Below are positions 7,302-15,933 of a DNA stretch of 29,394 nt, piece after piece. A program made the translations under genes and the position numbers. Where the stretch lies: positions 1-29,394 of IMG/VR virus record IMGVR_UViG_3300020438_000186; one strand, 5' to 3'. The stretch is from a virus. Taxonomy: Duplodnaviria > Caudoviricetes. How positions within the stretch are numbered: position 1 is the stretch's first letter; each line of letters starts with the position of its first letter. The notes under the pieces were generated by a model, which worked only from the letters and a program-made list of their open reading frames with translations, searched no databases and was not told the origin of the DNA.

Positions 7302-8945
7302 ATGGCCGAATATTTACATTTTAGTAGAGACTCACGTCTCTATATGGCAAAAGATGGGCGTCTCTGGTCTATTCCTGTGCTTGATGGATTTAGTTTTTCT
7401 CAGGCAACGAATTCATCAGAAATAACGTTGAATGAGATGGAAGATGCTTCAGGTAGATCACGTAGAGGTCGTAAGATGTTTACTGACTCTCTATCTGCAG
7501 CAGAATGGTCTTTTAGTACTTACGTTCGTCCGTTTAAGTCCGCAGGAAACGGTGGAAGTGTTTTAACTGGAACCTCAACTATTAAAGGAAGAGCAGACAG
7601 TACTGCAACGCATCATCACGCAGTAGAAGAGGCTCTTTGGGTTGCAATGGCAGGACAAAATGTCTATGTGCCAACTACGGGAAAATTTAAACATGGTGCA
7701 ACAGGTGGAGCAATATCCTCACTTGTAATTGCAAGCGGTGAAACTGATGCAGACTCTGGTGATAGAGTAGATGCAACGTATAATATTGCTATTCCTACTG
7801 TCGGTGCTGATGCTGATGCAAGCGCAACAGTAACAGGAGGTACTCAGCAGGGCGGAACAAACGCAGTTATAAAAGTAGTAGTTTCTAGCGGTACTGCAGT
7901 TGCAACAGTTACAGAAAGAGGGCAAAAGTTTGAGACTGGACAAAGCATTACCATTGGCGACGAGCTTATGGGAGGCGATGGTACTGGAGATGCGTTAGTT
8001 CTTACAGTAACTTCTGAATCTTTTACTTCTGATGCAACTGATATGGATATTAATTTCTATGACTCTAGTCGTGCCTCTCTTGGTACTTTTGATCTTTACT
8101 ATGTGTTTAGTGATAGAAGTGACGGTAGGTTGATTTATAAGCTAGAAAATGCAGTTGTAAATGAAGCAGCTATTGATTTTGATATTGATGGTATTGCAAC
8201 AGTTAACTGGTCAGGAATGGCGGGTCAAATTAAGGAAGTTCCAACAGGTTTAGGTGCAGGGCAGTATACTGCTCAGGATACTTATCCAAACCCAGGCGCG
8301 GCTGGAGCAATATGGATCGATACTAATGATAGTGACCGGTTCTATATGTCAACCAGTGCAACTAACGCGGAAGCTACTTGGTGGGCGGCTATTGATGAAG
8401 CAAGTACAAGTACTTCTAACTTTATCCGTAACCGACTAACTAACTTAACGTTAGCTCCTGAGACTGCATTTAAAGCTGCTACCTCGTTCACGAATGCGGC
8501 AGGAAATTCAGACACTTACGAGACTAGCTACTCTGTGGCAATCACGGGCGGAAACGTAACTATCAGTAATAATATTAGTTACCTGACTCCTGAAGAACTC
8601 GGTAAGGTTAACCAACCAATCGAGCATATCACAGGAACACGTTCAGTTAGTGGAAGCCTTACCTGCTACTTAGCAAGTTCAGATGCTGCTACTAATAGAA
8701 GCCGGGACTTGTTTGCTGACTTAGTATCCGATACCAATACTGTTATTAACAAGTTTGCTATCACACTTGCCGTGGGTGGAACGGACACAACGAAGCCTCG
8801 TTTTGAGATTTCTGTGCCGACTGCACACCTTGAAATACCAAGCCACTCTATTGAGGACGTGATTTCTTTGGAAACAAACTTCTCTGGTGTAGGCACAGGT
8901 GTTAGTGAAGGTGACGAAATAACGCTTAAATATATCGGAGTATAA
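7302..8945 (+). CDS. Major tail tube protein (T5 pb6-like) with internal insertions
   Basis: IPVLDGFSFSQATNSSEITLNE, AEWSFSTYVRP, VNEAAIDFDIDGIATVNWSG, NNISYLTPEELGKVNQPIEHITGTRSVSGSLTCYL, AHLEIPSHSIEDVIS; SD GGGAG; synteny. Confidence 0.9.
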   Translation: MAEYLHFSRDSRLYMAKDGRLWSIPVLDGFSFSQATNSSEITLNEMEDASGRSRRGRKMFTDSLSAAEWSFSTYVRPFKSAGNGGSVLTGTSTIKGRADSTATHHHAVEEALWVAMAGQNVYVPTTGKFKHGATGGAISSLVIASGETDADSGDRVDATYNIAIPTVGADADASATVTGGTQQGGTNAVIKVVVSSGTAVATVTERGQKFETGQSITIGDELMGGDGTGDALVLTVTSESFTSDATDMDINFYDSSRASLGTFDLYYVFSDRSDGRLIYKLENAVVNEAAIDFDIDGIATVNWSGMAGQIKEVPTGLGAGQYTAQDTYPNPGAAGAIWIDTNDSDRFYMSTSATNAEATWWAAIDEASTSTSNFIRNRLTNLTLAPETAFKAATSFTNAAGNSDTYETSYSVAITGGNVTISNNISYLTPEELGKVNQPIEHITGTRSVSGSLTCYLASSDAATNRSRDLFADLVSDTNTVINKFAITLAVGGTDTTKPRFEISVPTAHLEIPSHSIEDVISLETNFSGVGTGVSEGDEITLKYIGV

Positions 8946-8954
8946 TAACCCCTA

Positions 8955-8994
8955 AAAAATAATTCTTGACATTTGTGGTGTTTTGAAATATAAT
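8955..8994 (+). promoter_or_regulatory. Sigma70-type promoter P2
   Basis: AAAAATA (8955-8961), TTGACA (8966-8971), 17-bp spacer, TATAAT (8989-8994). Confidence 0.9.
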
Positions 8995-9008
8995 ATAGGG
9001 TAAAGATT

Positions 9009-9038
9009 AGGGGGTCTTTTTGGCCCCCTTCTTATATT
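9009..9038 (+). terminator. GC-rich hairpin, probable terminator or 5' stabiliser
   Basis: AGGGGGTC-TTTTT-GGCCCCCT (9009-9029) followed by TCTTATATT, an imperfect U-tract. Confidence 0.55.
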
Positions 9039-9049
9039 GAAGAGATGAA

Positions 9050-9961
9050 ATGCCTAGCCTCAGTTTTAAGAAAGAAGTCGAAGTACGAGTGGTTTATAAT
9101 AGCACTCGATACAAGATAGATGTAACTGAGATTGAGTTCAGTCAAACTTTTCAAGAAAAGAGTTATGCAGTAAAAACATTACATAATCAGTCAAGTTTTG
9201 AAGGTTCTGTAATAAATCGAGCAAACCCTGCAGAGTTTAGCTTAAATTTTTACTTATTAAAAGAAGATAAACATAAAGTATTATTTGACCGTCTTCTTGA
9301 TTCTGCACAATTTGATATATACATTTCAAATCCGGGAGGTGTTCCATTAGGTACTTTGCCTAACCCTATTCCGGATCAAGTTTGGAAGCTAGAAAACTGT
9401 GTTATTCAAGATGGGAATTTTGAGATTAATAAATCTAGACCCCTGCGACTAAGCATAAGTGGAGAAGCAACTAAGCTGTCAAAATTTAGTGGGACGATTC
9501 CAGGTAGTGAACCGGCGGCAACTACCTCAACATATATCGTACCCACTCTTTCCACGTTAACGCTGGGGTCTGATGATGTTTCTGGTTCTGTAATTGGTGT
9601 AAATGTAGAATTACAGAATGATATAAAATGGAATAAATATGATACTCTACAAGGAGCAGCTGCAGTAACTGATGTGGCTACTACAATGTACCCTAGTACT
9701 TTCTCTAAAGGAAAACAAGTATTGGGCGGAAGTATTCAAAAATACTTGATTGAAGGGAGTACTAGTGTTCTAACATGGAATCAGGATACCAGTTTAAGAT
9801 TAAAAGCAGGAAACGGTACACAAGGTTTAGATTTTAATATTAGTAATTGTTCATTTACAAACAGGATGTCAGCAGGCGGTATATTTGGGGAGGAATATAA
9901 CTGGCGAATGACTCAAAGACCAACAGCGCTTTCAAGCGTTATAACTTATACAACAGCATAG
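9050..9961 (+). CDS. Baseplate tube / minor tail protein (T5 p140-like)
   Basis: 303 aa directly after tail tube gene; EFSQTFQEKSYAVKTLH, INRANPAEFS, VELQNDIKW motifs of a tube-like paralogue. Confidence 0.8.
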   Translation: MPSLSFKKEVEVRVVYNSTRYKIDVTEIEFSQTFQEKSYAVKTLHNQSSFEGSVINRANPAEFSLNFYLLKEDKHKVLFDRLLDSAQFDIYISNPGGVPLGTLPNPIPDQVWKLENCVIQDGNFEINKSRPLRLSISGEATKLSKFSGTIPGSEPAATTSTYIVPTLSTLTLGSDDVSGSVIGVNVELQNDIKWNKYDTLQGAAAVTDVATTMYPSTFSKGKQVLGGSIQKYLIEGSTSVLTWNQDTSLRLKAGNGTQGLDFNISNCSFTNRMSAGGIFGEEYNWRMTQRPTALSSVITYTTA

Positions 9962-9975
9962 GAGTATGTAATTTT

Positions 9976-10428
9976 ATGGAACTAAAAAAATTAGTAGTCG
10001 ACAGTAAGGCGAAGTGGATTGACTTCTCTGGACTCGACGGGTTCTCAGTAGAGATAGCAAACCTCTCACGAAAAGAATTAACAGGTATACGTAAGAAGTG
10101 TACTACAACAAAATTTAATAGAAAGTCTAGAATGGCAGAAGAAGTTTTAGACGATGAAAAGTTTGTTACCGAGTTCACACGTAAAACTGTGAAAAATTGG
10201 AAAGGACTTACTTTGGCGCATTTGGAAACTTTAATTCTTGTTGATATAGATGACCAAGATCCTAGTAAAGAGGTAGAGTACTCGGAAGATAACGCCGAAG
10301 TACTTGTAAGTCAATCAACTGAATTTGATACTTGGCTCAATGAGGTAGTCTTTGACCTTGATAACTTTCGTAGCGAGCCAAAGGGAGAAGTGCCTAGAAA
10401 GACTGGAGGAAATGTTCAAAAATCTTGA
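9976..10428 (+). CDS. Tail assembly chaperone (gpG-equivalent)
   Basis: 150 aa, SD AGGAG; VKNWKGLT and FDTWLNEVVFDLDNFR; two genes upstream of tape measure. Confidence 0.8.
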   Translation: MELKKLVVDSKAKWIDFSGLDGFSVEIANLSRKELTGIRKKCTTTKFNRKSRMAEEVLDDEKFVTEFTRKTVKNWKGLTLAHLETLILVDIDDQDPSKEVEYSEDNAEVLVSQSTEFDTWLNEVVFDLDNFRSEPKGEVPRKTGGNVQKS

Positions 10429-10771
10429 CTCCGGAATGACCGCAGAGCGGTACTTCGAGATGCAAGAGCAAATGGGGCTAGAGATAGAGGAAGATAAAAT
10501 TCCTCCTTCTATGGACGATTTTCCGGATCTTGTACTTGATTCCATACAAATTTTTAACCGACTGGGAGATAGGGTATTTCCTGAAATCGGGTATATAGGA
10601 AAAGACTATACAAATCTTAAACTATATATGAAGGTTTACGGCATAATGGAGGAAGATAAAGATTTTCTTCTAGAAATTATTGAATGGTTAGACGCCAGAG
10701 CTATCAAAAAGTCCGCAGACCAATTAAAGCGGGAATATGATAAGATGAAGAGAAAGTCTAGTGGCAAATAG
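10352..10771 (+). CDS. Tail assembly chaperone second ORF (gpT-equivalent), probably reached by frameshift; start uncertain
   Basis: Overlaps the previous ORF in the +1 frame; MTAERYFEMQEQMG, IFNRLGDRV...GYIGKDYT; directly precedes tape measure. Confidence 0.75.
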   Translation: MTLITFVASQREKCLERLEEMFKNLDSGMTAERYFEMQEQMGLEIEEDKIPPSMDDFPDLVLDSIQIFNRLGDRVFPEIGYIGKDYTNLKLYMKVYGIMEEDKDFLLEIIEWLDARAIKKSADQLKREYDKMKRKSSGK

Positions 10772-13700
10772 TATTATATTTAAAGTTAAAGTCGAAAAAG
10801 ACGGTAACTTAAAAGTTGTTGCTAAAGAAGCCGGTGCTGCAGCTAAAAGCACCGATGACCTTAGTAAATCTACTGATCGTGCTACAAAAAGTCGTAATCG
10901 TTTCCACAAAGCAGAAAAAGGAGTAGGCCAAGCAGGTCTTTCCAGCGCAAAAGGCTTTTCAAAAATGAACCAAACCATGGGCGGAAGCGGTGGTTTGGTT
11001 GCGGCTTATGCAACGTTAGCCGCTAATATCTTTGCTCTTACTGCCGCATTCGGGGCACTTTCTAGAGCCGCTCAAGTAGAAAAATTAAAAGAAGGCATGG
11101 TAGCAATGGGGCAAGCCTCAGGTATCGCTATGAATGCCTTGTCTAGTAATCTTGTAAAAGCTACGGGCAACGCAATAAGCATGGAAGAAGCAATGAGAAC
11201 CACCGCACAGGTTACTAGTGCAGGTTTTGATCCTAGTTATATCGAAAGACTAGGAAGTGTTGCAAAAATGGCTAGCCAAGCATTAGGACGTGATCTTGGC
11301 GACGCTATGCAAAGGATCACAAAAGGTGCCATCAAAATGGAGCCGGAACTTCTTGACGAACTAGGAATTATGGTTCGTCTAGATGACGCTACAGCTACTT
11401 ATGCGGCTAGTTTAGGCAAATCTGCCGATGATTTAACTCGATTTGAGAAACAACAAGCCTTTATGAATGCAGTCCTTACAGAAGGAGAAGAAAAGTTCTC
11501 CGCTTTAGGGGATGTGGATGTAAATCCTTATACACAGTTGTCAGCAACCTTTGCTAATTTAACTGAATCAATATTAAACTTTATTAATGGGGCTCTAAAA
11601 CCCGTAATAAAACTACTCGCAAGTAGTGGAACGCTTCTTACAGGTGCATTGCTTGTATTTGCTTCAACAGTAGGTAAAATGGCTCAACCCGCAATGGCGT
11701 CTCTTGTTGGAAAAATGGGAGAATGGTCAGCCAAAAGTGCAACTGCAGCAGTTGATCTTGTAAAACTTACTGGAGCAACAGGAAAAGGCTCTAAAAAAGT
11801 AATGGAGCTTAAAAAAGAGTTAGCAGCAGGAAATGTAACAACTGAAAAATGGAAATCGGGGTTACAAGGGTCTGTTAGGTCTATGACCGCGTATCAGCGT
11901 TCTTTAACCAACAATATAAAATCCAATGGACTATTTAGTAAGTCAACTTGGAACTCATTAGGAGCTTTGCGACAGTCTAAAAGAGACCATTTAGGATTAG
12001 TTAAAGCAAAATTAGCACTAGATTTAGCTAATATTAGAAACTCTGAAACCAATGCTATAAATACTCTGCAAACCAAAGGATTGTCAGCAGGCATTAAGCA
12101 GCTTAGTGTTGATATGGGTCGTCTGTACGCAGTTAGTACTGCAGCTACGGTAGGTCTTGGAAGAATGGCAAAAGTGATGGGCGTTCTGAAAGGTGCCGCT
12201 AGAGCAGCAGGTGCAGGAATAGCCTTTATGGGAGCAGCCATAATGGCGGCTTTGAATTGGATTGGATTAGCTATAATGGCCGTAATGCTTCTATGGGAAG
12301 GCTATAAGGCCTTGAAAGAGATGATGCAGTCTGAAGAAGAAACCAAATTACAAGCTGCAGCAGAAAATGCAAGTATAGCTTTTGATGATCTTAAAACTAA
12401 TTTAAATGAAGTAGATTTAGCTATGGAGGGTCAGTCCACTAAAATTAAAACTGTTTCAGATAGATATATTGCATTAAATAATATCATGAATACAGCAGTC
12501 GGAGAGTATACAAAGCTAGCAGCAGCACAAGCAGAATTAGATGCAAAAGAAGGTATCGGTGGCGATCAAATAAATAAAGACAGTAAAGTATTAAAACAGG
12601 TTCAAGACCTTGCAAAAGGCTCTAAGGTAATGAGTGCAGCTTTAGAAGAAGCAGGATTAAACCTAAAAGATCTTGAGGAAGGAAATGTAACCTTAAACCA
12701 GTTAAATACGGCTATGGAAACCTTAAAGAAAAATAATAATGAGACAAATACTGCAATGGCGGGTCTTGCAAAGGAAATTAAAGCCTTAGACGAGCCTTTG
12801 ACCACATTTCTAGCAAAAATAAAAGATACTAGTGATGTTGATGACATAGTTTCGGGGTTTAAAGAGTTAGATGAATATGTGAATAATACAAAGAATAATG
12901 CTTCAACTTTTGATAAGCTATCAACTTTTGCAGAAAAAGCGGGTGACGATACTTTAAAGTTACTAGGTATTTCTGCAAAACAGGTAGAAAATTCTAAAAA
13001 GGATGTGGACGAGCAAGAAAGATTATGGAAAATTCTTAAAGGTAGATTAAAAACTACTAAAGAAACTTTTGAAGACGAAAGAACCCAACAAATTACCTAT
13101 AAGCAAAAAATGTCAACCCTAAAAGCAGAGCTAGGCTTGTTAAAAACTAAAAAAGGTTTATCTGGTGCAGCAGCTGCTACTTTTGAGAAAGAATCAGAAA
13201 TTGCGCAGGCAACTCTAGATCGAATGGATCAAGATATAAAATTAAAAAGAACTGCTGCAGGTTTGGGAGAAAAGGACAAAGCCACACAAACAAATATTTT
13301 AGAGCTGGAAGCTGAACGAGCCGCGTTTGCAGCTGCTAGGCCCGATCATTTACAGAAGAGTCTGGATGTAGAAACAGAAAACTTAGCCATTTTACAACGT
13401 CAGCAAACAGCCAGAAAAGCCCTTTTAGATATAACAAGTAAAATGATGAGTGCTCAAAATAAGATGCTAGACTTAGAAGAAGAGCAAAACAAACGTAACT
13501 TACAAGCCGCAAACAGAGCAGACCCTAATAGAGGATATAGCTCTGAATTAAATGCAGCAGATAGATTAAAAGCTGCTGAAGGCGAAGCTAAAGTTATGTT
13601 AAAAATCAATAAAGATGGAACCACAACTGAGACAAAAGCTCTAAATTTATTAGATAGACGAAAACTAGCGGCTGAAAATGAATATCAAATGACTTTAATT

Positions 13701-15113
13701 AGGATTGAGCTAGAGTCTGCAATGAATCTTGCTAAGTTAAAAACTCTTGATGCCGAGATGCGAGTTATACATGCAAAAGAACAACAATTCTTAAAAGAAC
13801 AAGCAGCTAAAGATCCAAATAAAACTTTTACTGCAACATCATATGAAGACTCAACTATAGGAAAAAGTATAGCAGCTGCTATAAATATTTCAGGTCCTGG
13901 AGGTCCCGCAGAAACATTACAGAAGAATCTTGCTAAATCAGTACGTGATGGTGTGGTTAATGGAATAACAGAAGGAACTGAAAAAACTAAAGAGGAGCGT
14001 ACAGGCGAAATTCTTGGGGCAACTGGAGGAACTACTGCCGAGGTAATTGGAGCTCAAAATGAAGCGGGAGGAATAGGGGAGTTAGATAAAACTTCTCAAA
14101 AATTTCAAGCAATGCAAAATGCTATGGCTCCTATGATGGAAAGTATGAGACAACTAGGACCAGAAGGAGCACTAGTCGCATCAGTAGCGCAAGGAGCTTT
14201 AGTAGTTGGACAAAGCTGGTCAAAAGCAGGAGAAGTACTTTCTTCTAAAGCAGAAACATTTGAAAAAGTAGGGGCAGTTGCAAGTGCTGTTTCACAAACC
14301 TTTCAACAGATAGGACAAATAATGGCAGCAGCTTCTCAAGCTAGAATTGCTGGTATTGATAAAGAGATTGCAGCAGAAAAGAAAAGAGACGGTAAATCAG
14401 CAGAGAGTCTTGCAAAAATAAAACAATTAGAGAAAAAGAAAGAGCAAGAAAAACGAAAAGCCTTTGAAATGCAGAAAAAAATGCAAATTGCTTCAGCAAT
14501 AGCAAGTACTGCTGCTGCAGTTGCAGGCGCATTAGGAGCGCCCCCTCCAGGACCGTGGAATATTGCATTAGCAGCAATGATCGGTGCAATGGGCATGGCT
14601 CAAGTAGCTCTTATATCTTCACAAAGTTATCAAGGAGGGAGTGGAAGTGCAGATGTATCCGGACCTGCTAGTATTGCTGTAGGGGAGCGTAAAAAGTCTA
14701 GTGACCTAGCAAAATCTCGGTCAGCCCGAGGCGAGCTAGCATACTTCCGAGGAAGTCAAGGAGTAGGCGGCGCAGAGAACTTCCGTGGAGCTTTTTACGG
14801 CAAAAAGCACAGAGCTTATGGAGGCACAACGGGTTATGTAGTCGGAGAGCAGGGACCTGAATTATTCATGCCAGATAGACCAGGTACTATTGTACCTGCA
14901 GACGATACTGCGGAAATGACAGGCGGAGCATCAAACGTAACATTTAATATTAGTGCTGTAGATGCAACAGGAGTAGAAGAAGTGTTAACTAAACAACAAG
15001 GACATATTATATCAATGCTTAGATCAGCAGCAAATTCATATGGCGAGGAATTTTTTGAAGAAATAGACGATAAAGTTCTTACTCCTCACCAAGGCTTTGT
15101 ATCGAGATACTAA
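10761..15113 (+). CDS. Tape measure protein (T5 pb2-like N-terminus)
   Basis: 1450 aa, Ala/Lys/Glu-rich helical; GLVAAYATLAANIFAL, KMEPELLDELGIMVRL; hydrophobic segments; C-terminal YVVGEQGPELFMPDRPGTIVP motif typical of siphophage TMPs; GTG start. Confidence 0.93.
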   Translation: MANSIIFKVKVEKDGNLKVVAKEAGAAAKSTDDLSKSTDRATKSRNRFHKAEKGVGQAGLSSAKGFSKMNQTMGGSGGLVAAYATLAANIFALTAAFGALSRAAQVEKLKEGMVAMGQASGIAMNALSSNLVKATGNAISMEEAMRTTAQVTSAGFDPSYIERLGSVAKMASQALGRDLGDAMQRITKGAIKMEPELLDELGIMVRLDDATATYAASLGKSADDLTRFEKQQAFMNAVLTEGEEKFSALGDVDVNPYTQLSATFANLTESILNFINGALKPVIKLLASSGTLLTGALLVFASTVGKMAQPAMASLVGKMGEWSAKSATAAVDLVKLTGATGKGSKKVMELKKELAAGNVTTEKWKSGLQGSVRSMTAYQRSLTNNIKSNGLFSKSTWNSLGALRQSKRDHLGLVKAKLALDLANIRNSETNAINTLQTKGLSAGIKQLSVDMGRLYAVSTAATVGLGRMAKVMGVLKGAARAAGAGIAFMGAAIMAALNWIGLAIMAVMLLWEGYKALKEMMQSEEETKLQAAAENASIAFDDLKTNLNEVDLAMEGQSTKIKTVSDRYIALNNIMNTAVGEYTKLAAAQAELDAKEGIGGDQINKDSKVLKQVQDLAKGSKVMSAALEEAGLNLKDLEEGNVTLNQLNTAMETLKKNNNETNTAMAGLAKEIKALDEPLTTFLAKIKDTSDVDDIVSGFKELDEYVNNTKNNASTFDKLSTFAEKAGDDTLKLLGISAKQVENSKKDVDEQERLWKILKGRLKTTKETFEDERTQQITYKQKMSTLKAELGLLKTKKGLSGAAAATFEKESEIAQATLDRMDQDIKLKRTAAGLGEKDKATQTNILELEAERAAFAAARPDHLQKSLDVETENLAILQRQQTARKALLDITSKMMSAQNKMLDLEEEQNKRNLQAANRADPNRGYSSELNAADRLKAAEGEAKVMLKINKDGTTTETKALNLLDRRKLAAENEYQMTLIRIELESAMNLAKLKTLDAEMRVIHAKEQQFLKEQAAKDPNKTFTATSYEDSTIGKSIAAAINISGPGGPAETLQKNLAKSVRDGVVNGITEGTEKTKEERTGEILGATGGTTAEVIGAQNEAGGIGELDKTSQKFQAMQNAMAPMMESMRQLGPEGALVASVAQGALVVGQSWSKAGEVLSSKAETFEKVGAVASAVSQTFQQIGQIMAAASQARIAGIDKEIAAEKKRDGKSAESLAKIKQLEKKKEQEKRKAFEMQKKMQIASAIASTAAAVAGALGAPPPGPWNIALAAMIGAMGMAQVALISSQSYQGGSGSADVSGPASIAVGERKKSSDLAKSRSARGELAYFRGSQGVGGAENFRGAFYGKKHRAYGGTTGYVVGEQGPELFMPDRPGTIVPADDTAEMTGGASNVTFNISAVDATGVEEVLTKQQGHIISMLRSAANSYGEEFFEEIDDKVLTPHQGFVSRY

Positions 15114-15114
15114 T

Positions 15115-15933
15115 ATGGCTTTTTTAACTGTATTACCAGATCCTTCTACTAAAAGAAGCTATTGGGGCGCCAAAGATGATACTGGAGATCCGGGGCCAGG
15201 CTTTTCAAGTGTAAAGCTAACTTCAGATCAGAAAGTAATGTTATCTCGAACTAATTCTCAGCGCGTTATTTCTAGAACTGCAGGAGGACAAAAATGGGAT
15301 ATTGACATAGGATATCATCCTATGACTAGGGCAGAATTTAACCCTGTTTATACTTTTTTACTTCAGCAAAGAGGCCCTTTAACTCCTTTCTTTGTAGAAC
15401 TACCACAATATGCTAGTTCTCAGAATGCTTTATTTAATACAGATACAAATGAATCTGGAGACGCTACTTATAATACGAATACATTTGCAACAACTGGAGT
15501 AGAGGCTGCAGGTTCCACTTCTGTTGTTTTAACTCAGCCAGCGGATTGGTGTTTAAAGACTGCTGCAGGAGTAGATATTAAAGCAGCTAATTCAAATACT
15601 ACCGAGGAGCCTTTTAATATACCCGCAGTAGGCGATGTCTGTAGCTTTACTGACACATCTAATAGCAACCATGCAAAAGTGTACATGGTCACTTACATAG
15701 AGACTTATTATAAATATACTACTCTTCCCTCCACTGGAAATGGCGAGGCAACAGACTCTAGAAGAATACGCGTAGGAATAACTCCTCCACTAGCAAAAAG
15801 TGTTAGTTCAGGTTCTATTGTAAAATTTAAAGAAGTACAATTTAAAGTAATTTTACCTACAGCAGTTAGAGAATACTCTTTAGGAACCGATAATCTTTAT
15901 AAATTTAACCTAAAACTAGAAGAATACTTATGA
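15115..15933 (+). CDS. Distal tail protein (Dit, T5 pb9-like)
   Basis: ATG 15115 just after the TMP stop; LPDP...GPGFSSVKL, QKWDIDIGYHPMT, ends YKFNLKLEEYL; synteny. Confidence 0.82.
   Translation: MAFLTVLPDPSTKRSYWGAKDDTGDPGPGFSSVKLTSDQKVMLSRTNSQRVISRTAGGQKWDIDIGYHPMTRAEFNPVYTFLLQQRGPLTPFFVELPQYASSQNALFNTDTNESGDATYNTNTFATTGVEAAGSTSVVLTQPADWCLKTAAGVDIKAANSNTTEEPFNIPAVGDVCSFTDTSNSNHAKVYMVTYIETYYKYTTLPSTGNGEATDSRRIRVGITPPLAKSVSSGSIVKFKEVQFKVILPTAVREYSLGTDNLYKFNLKLEEYL

Noticed and set aside
10352-10428. Canonical -1 slippery heptamer for the chaperone pair
   Set aside because: ORF2 is in the +1 frame, so a -1 shift cannot reach it; only +1 (or -2) shifting or independent initiation fits.
15097-15114. 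TTG start at 15097 for Dit
   Set aside because: ATG 15115 directly follows the TMP stop and gives the pb9-like MxxxxxLPDP start.
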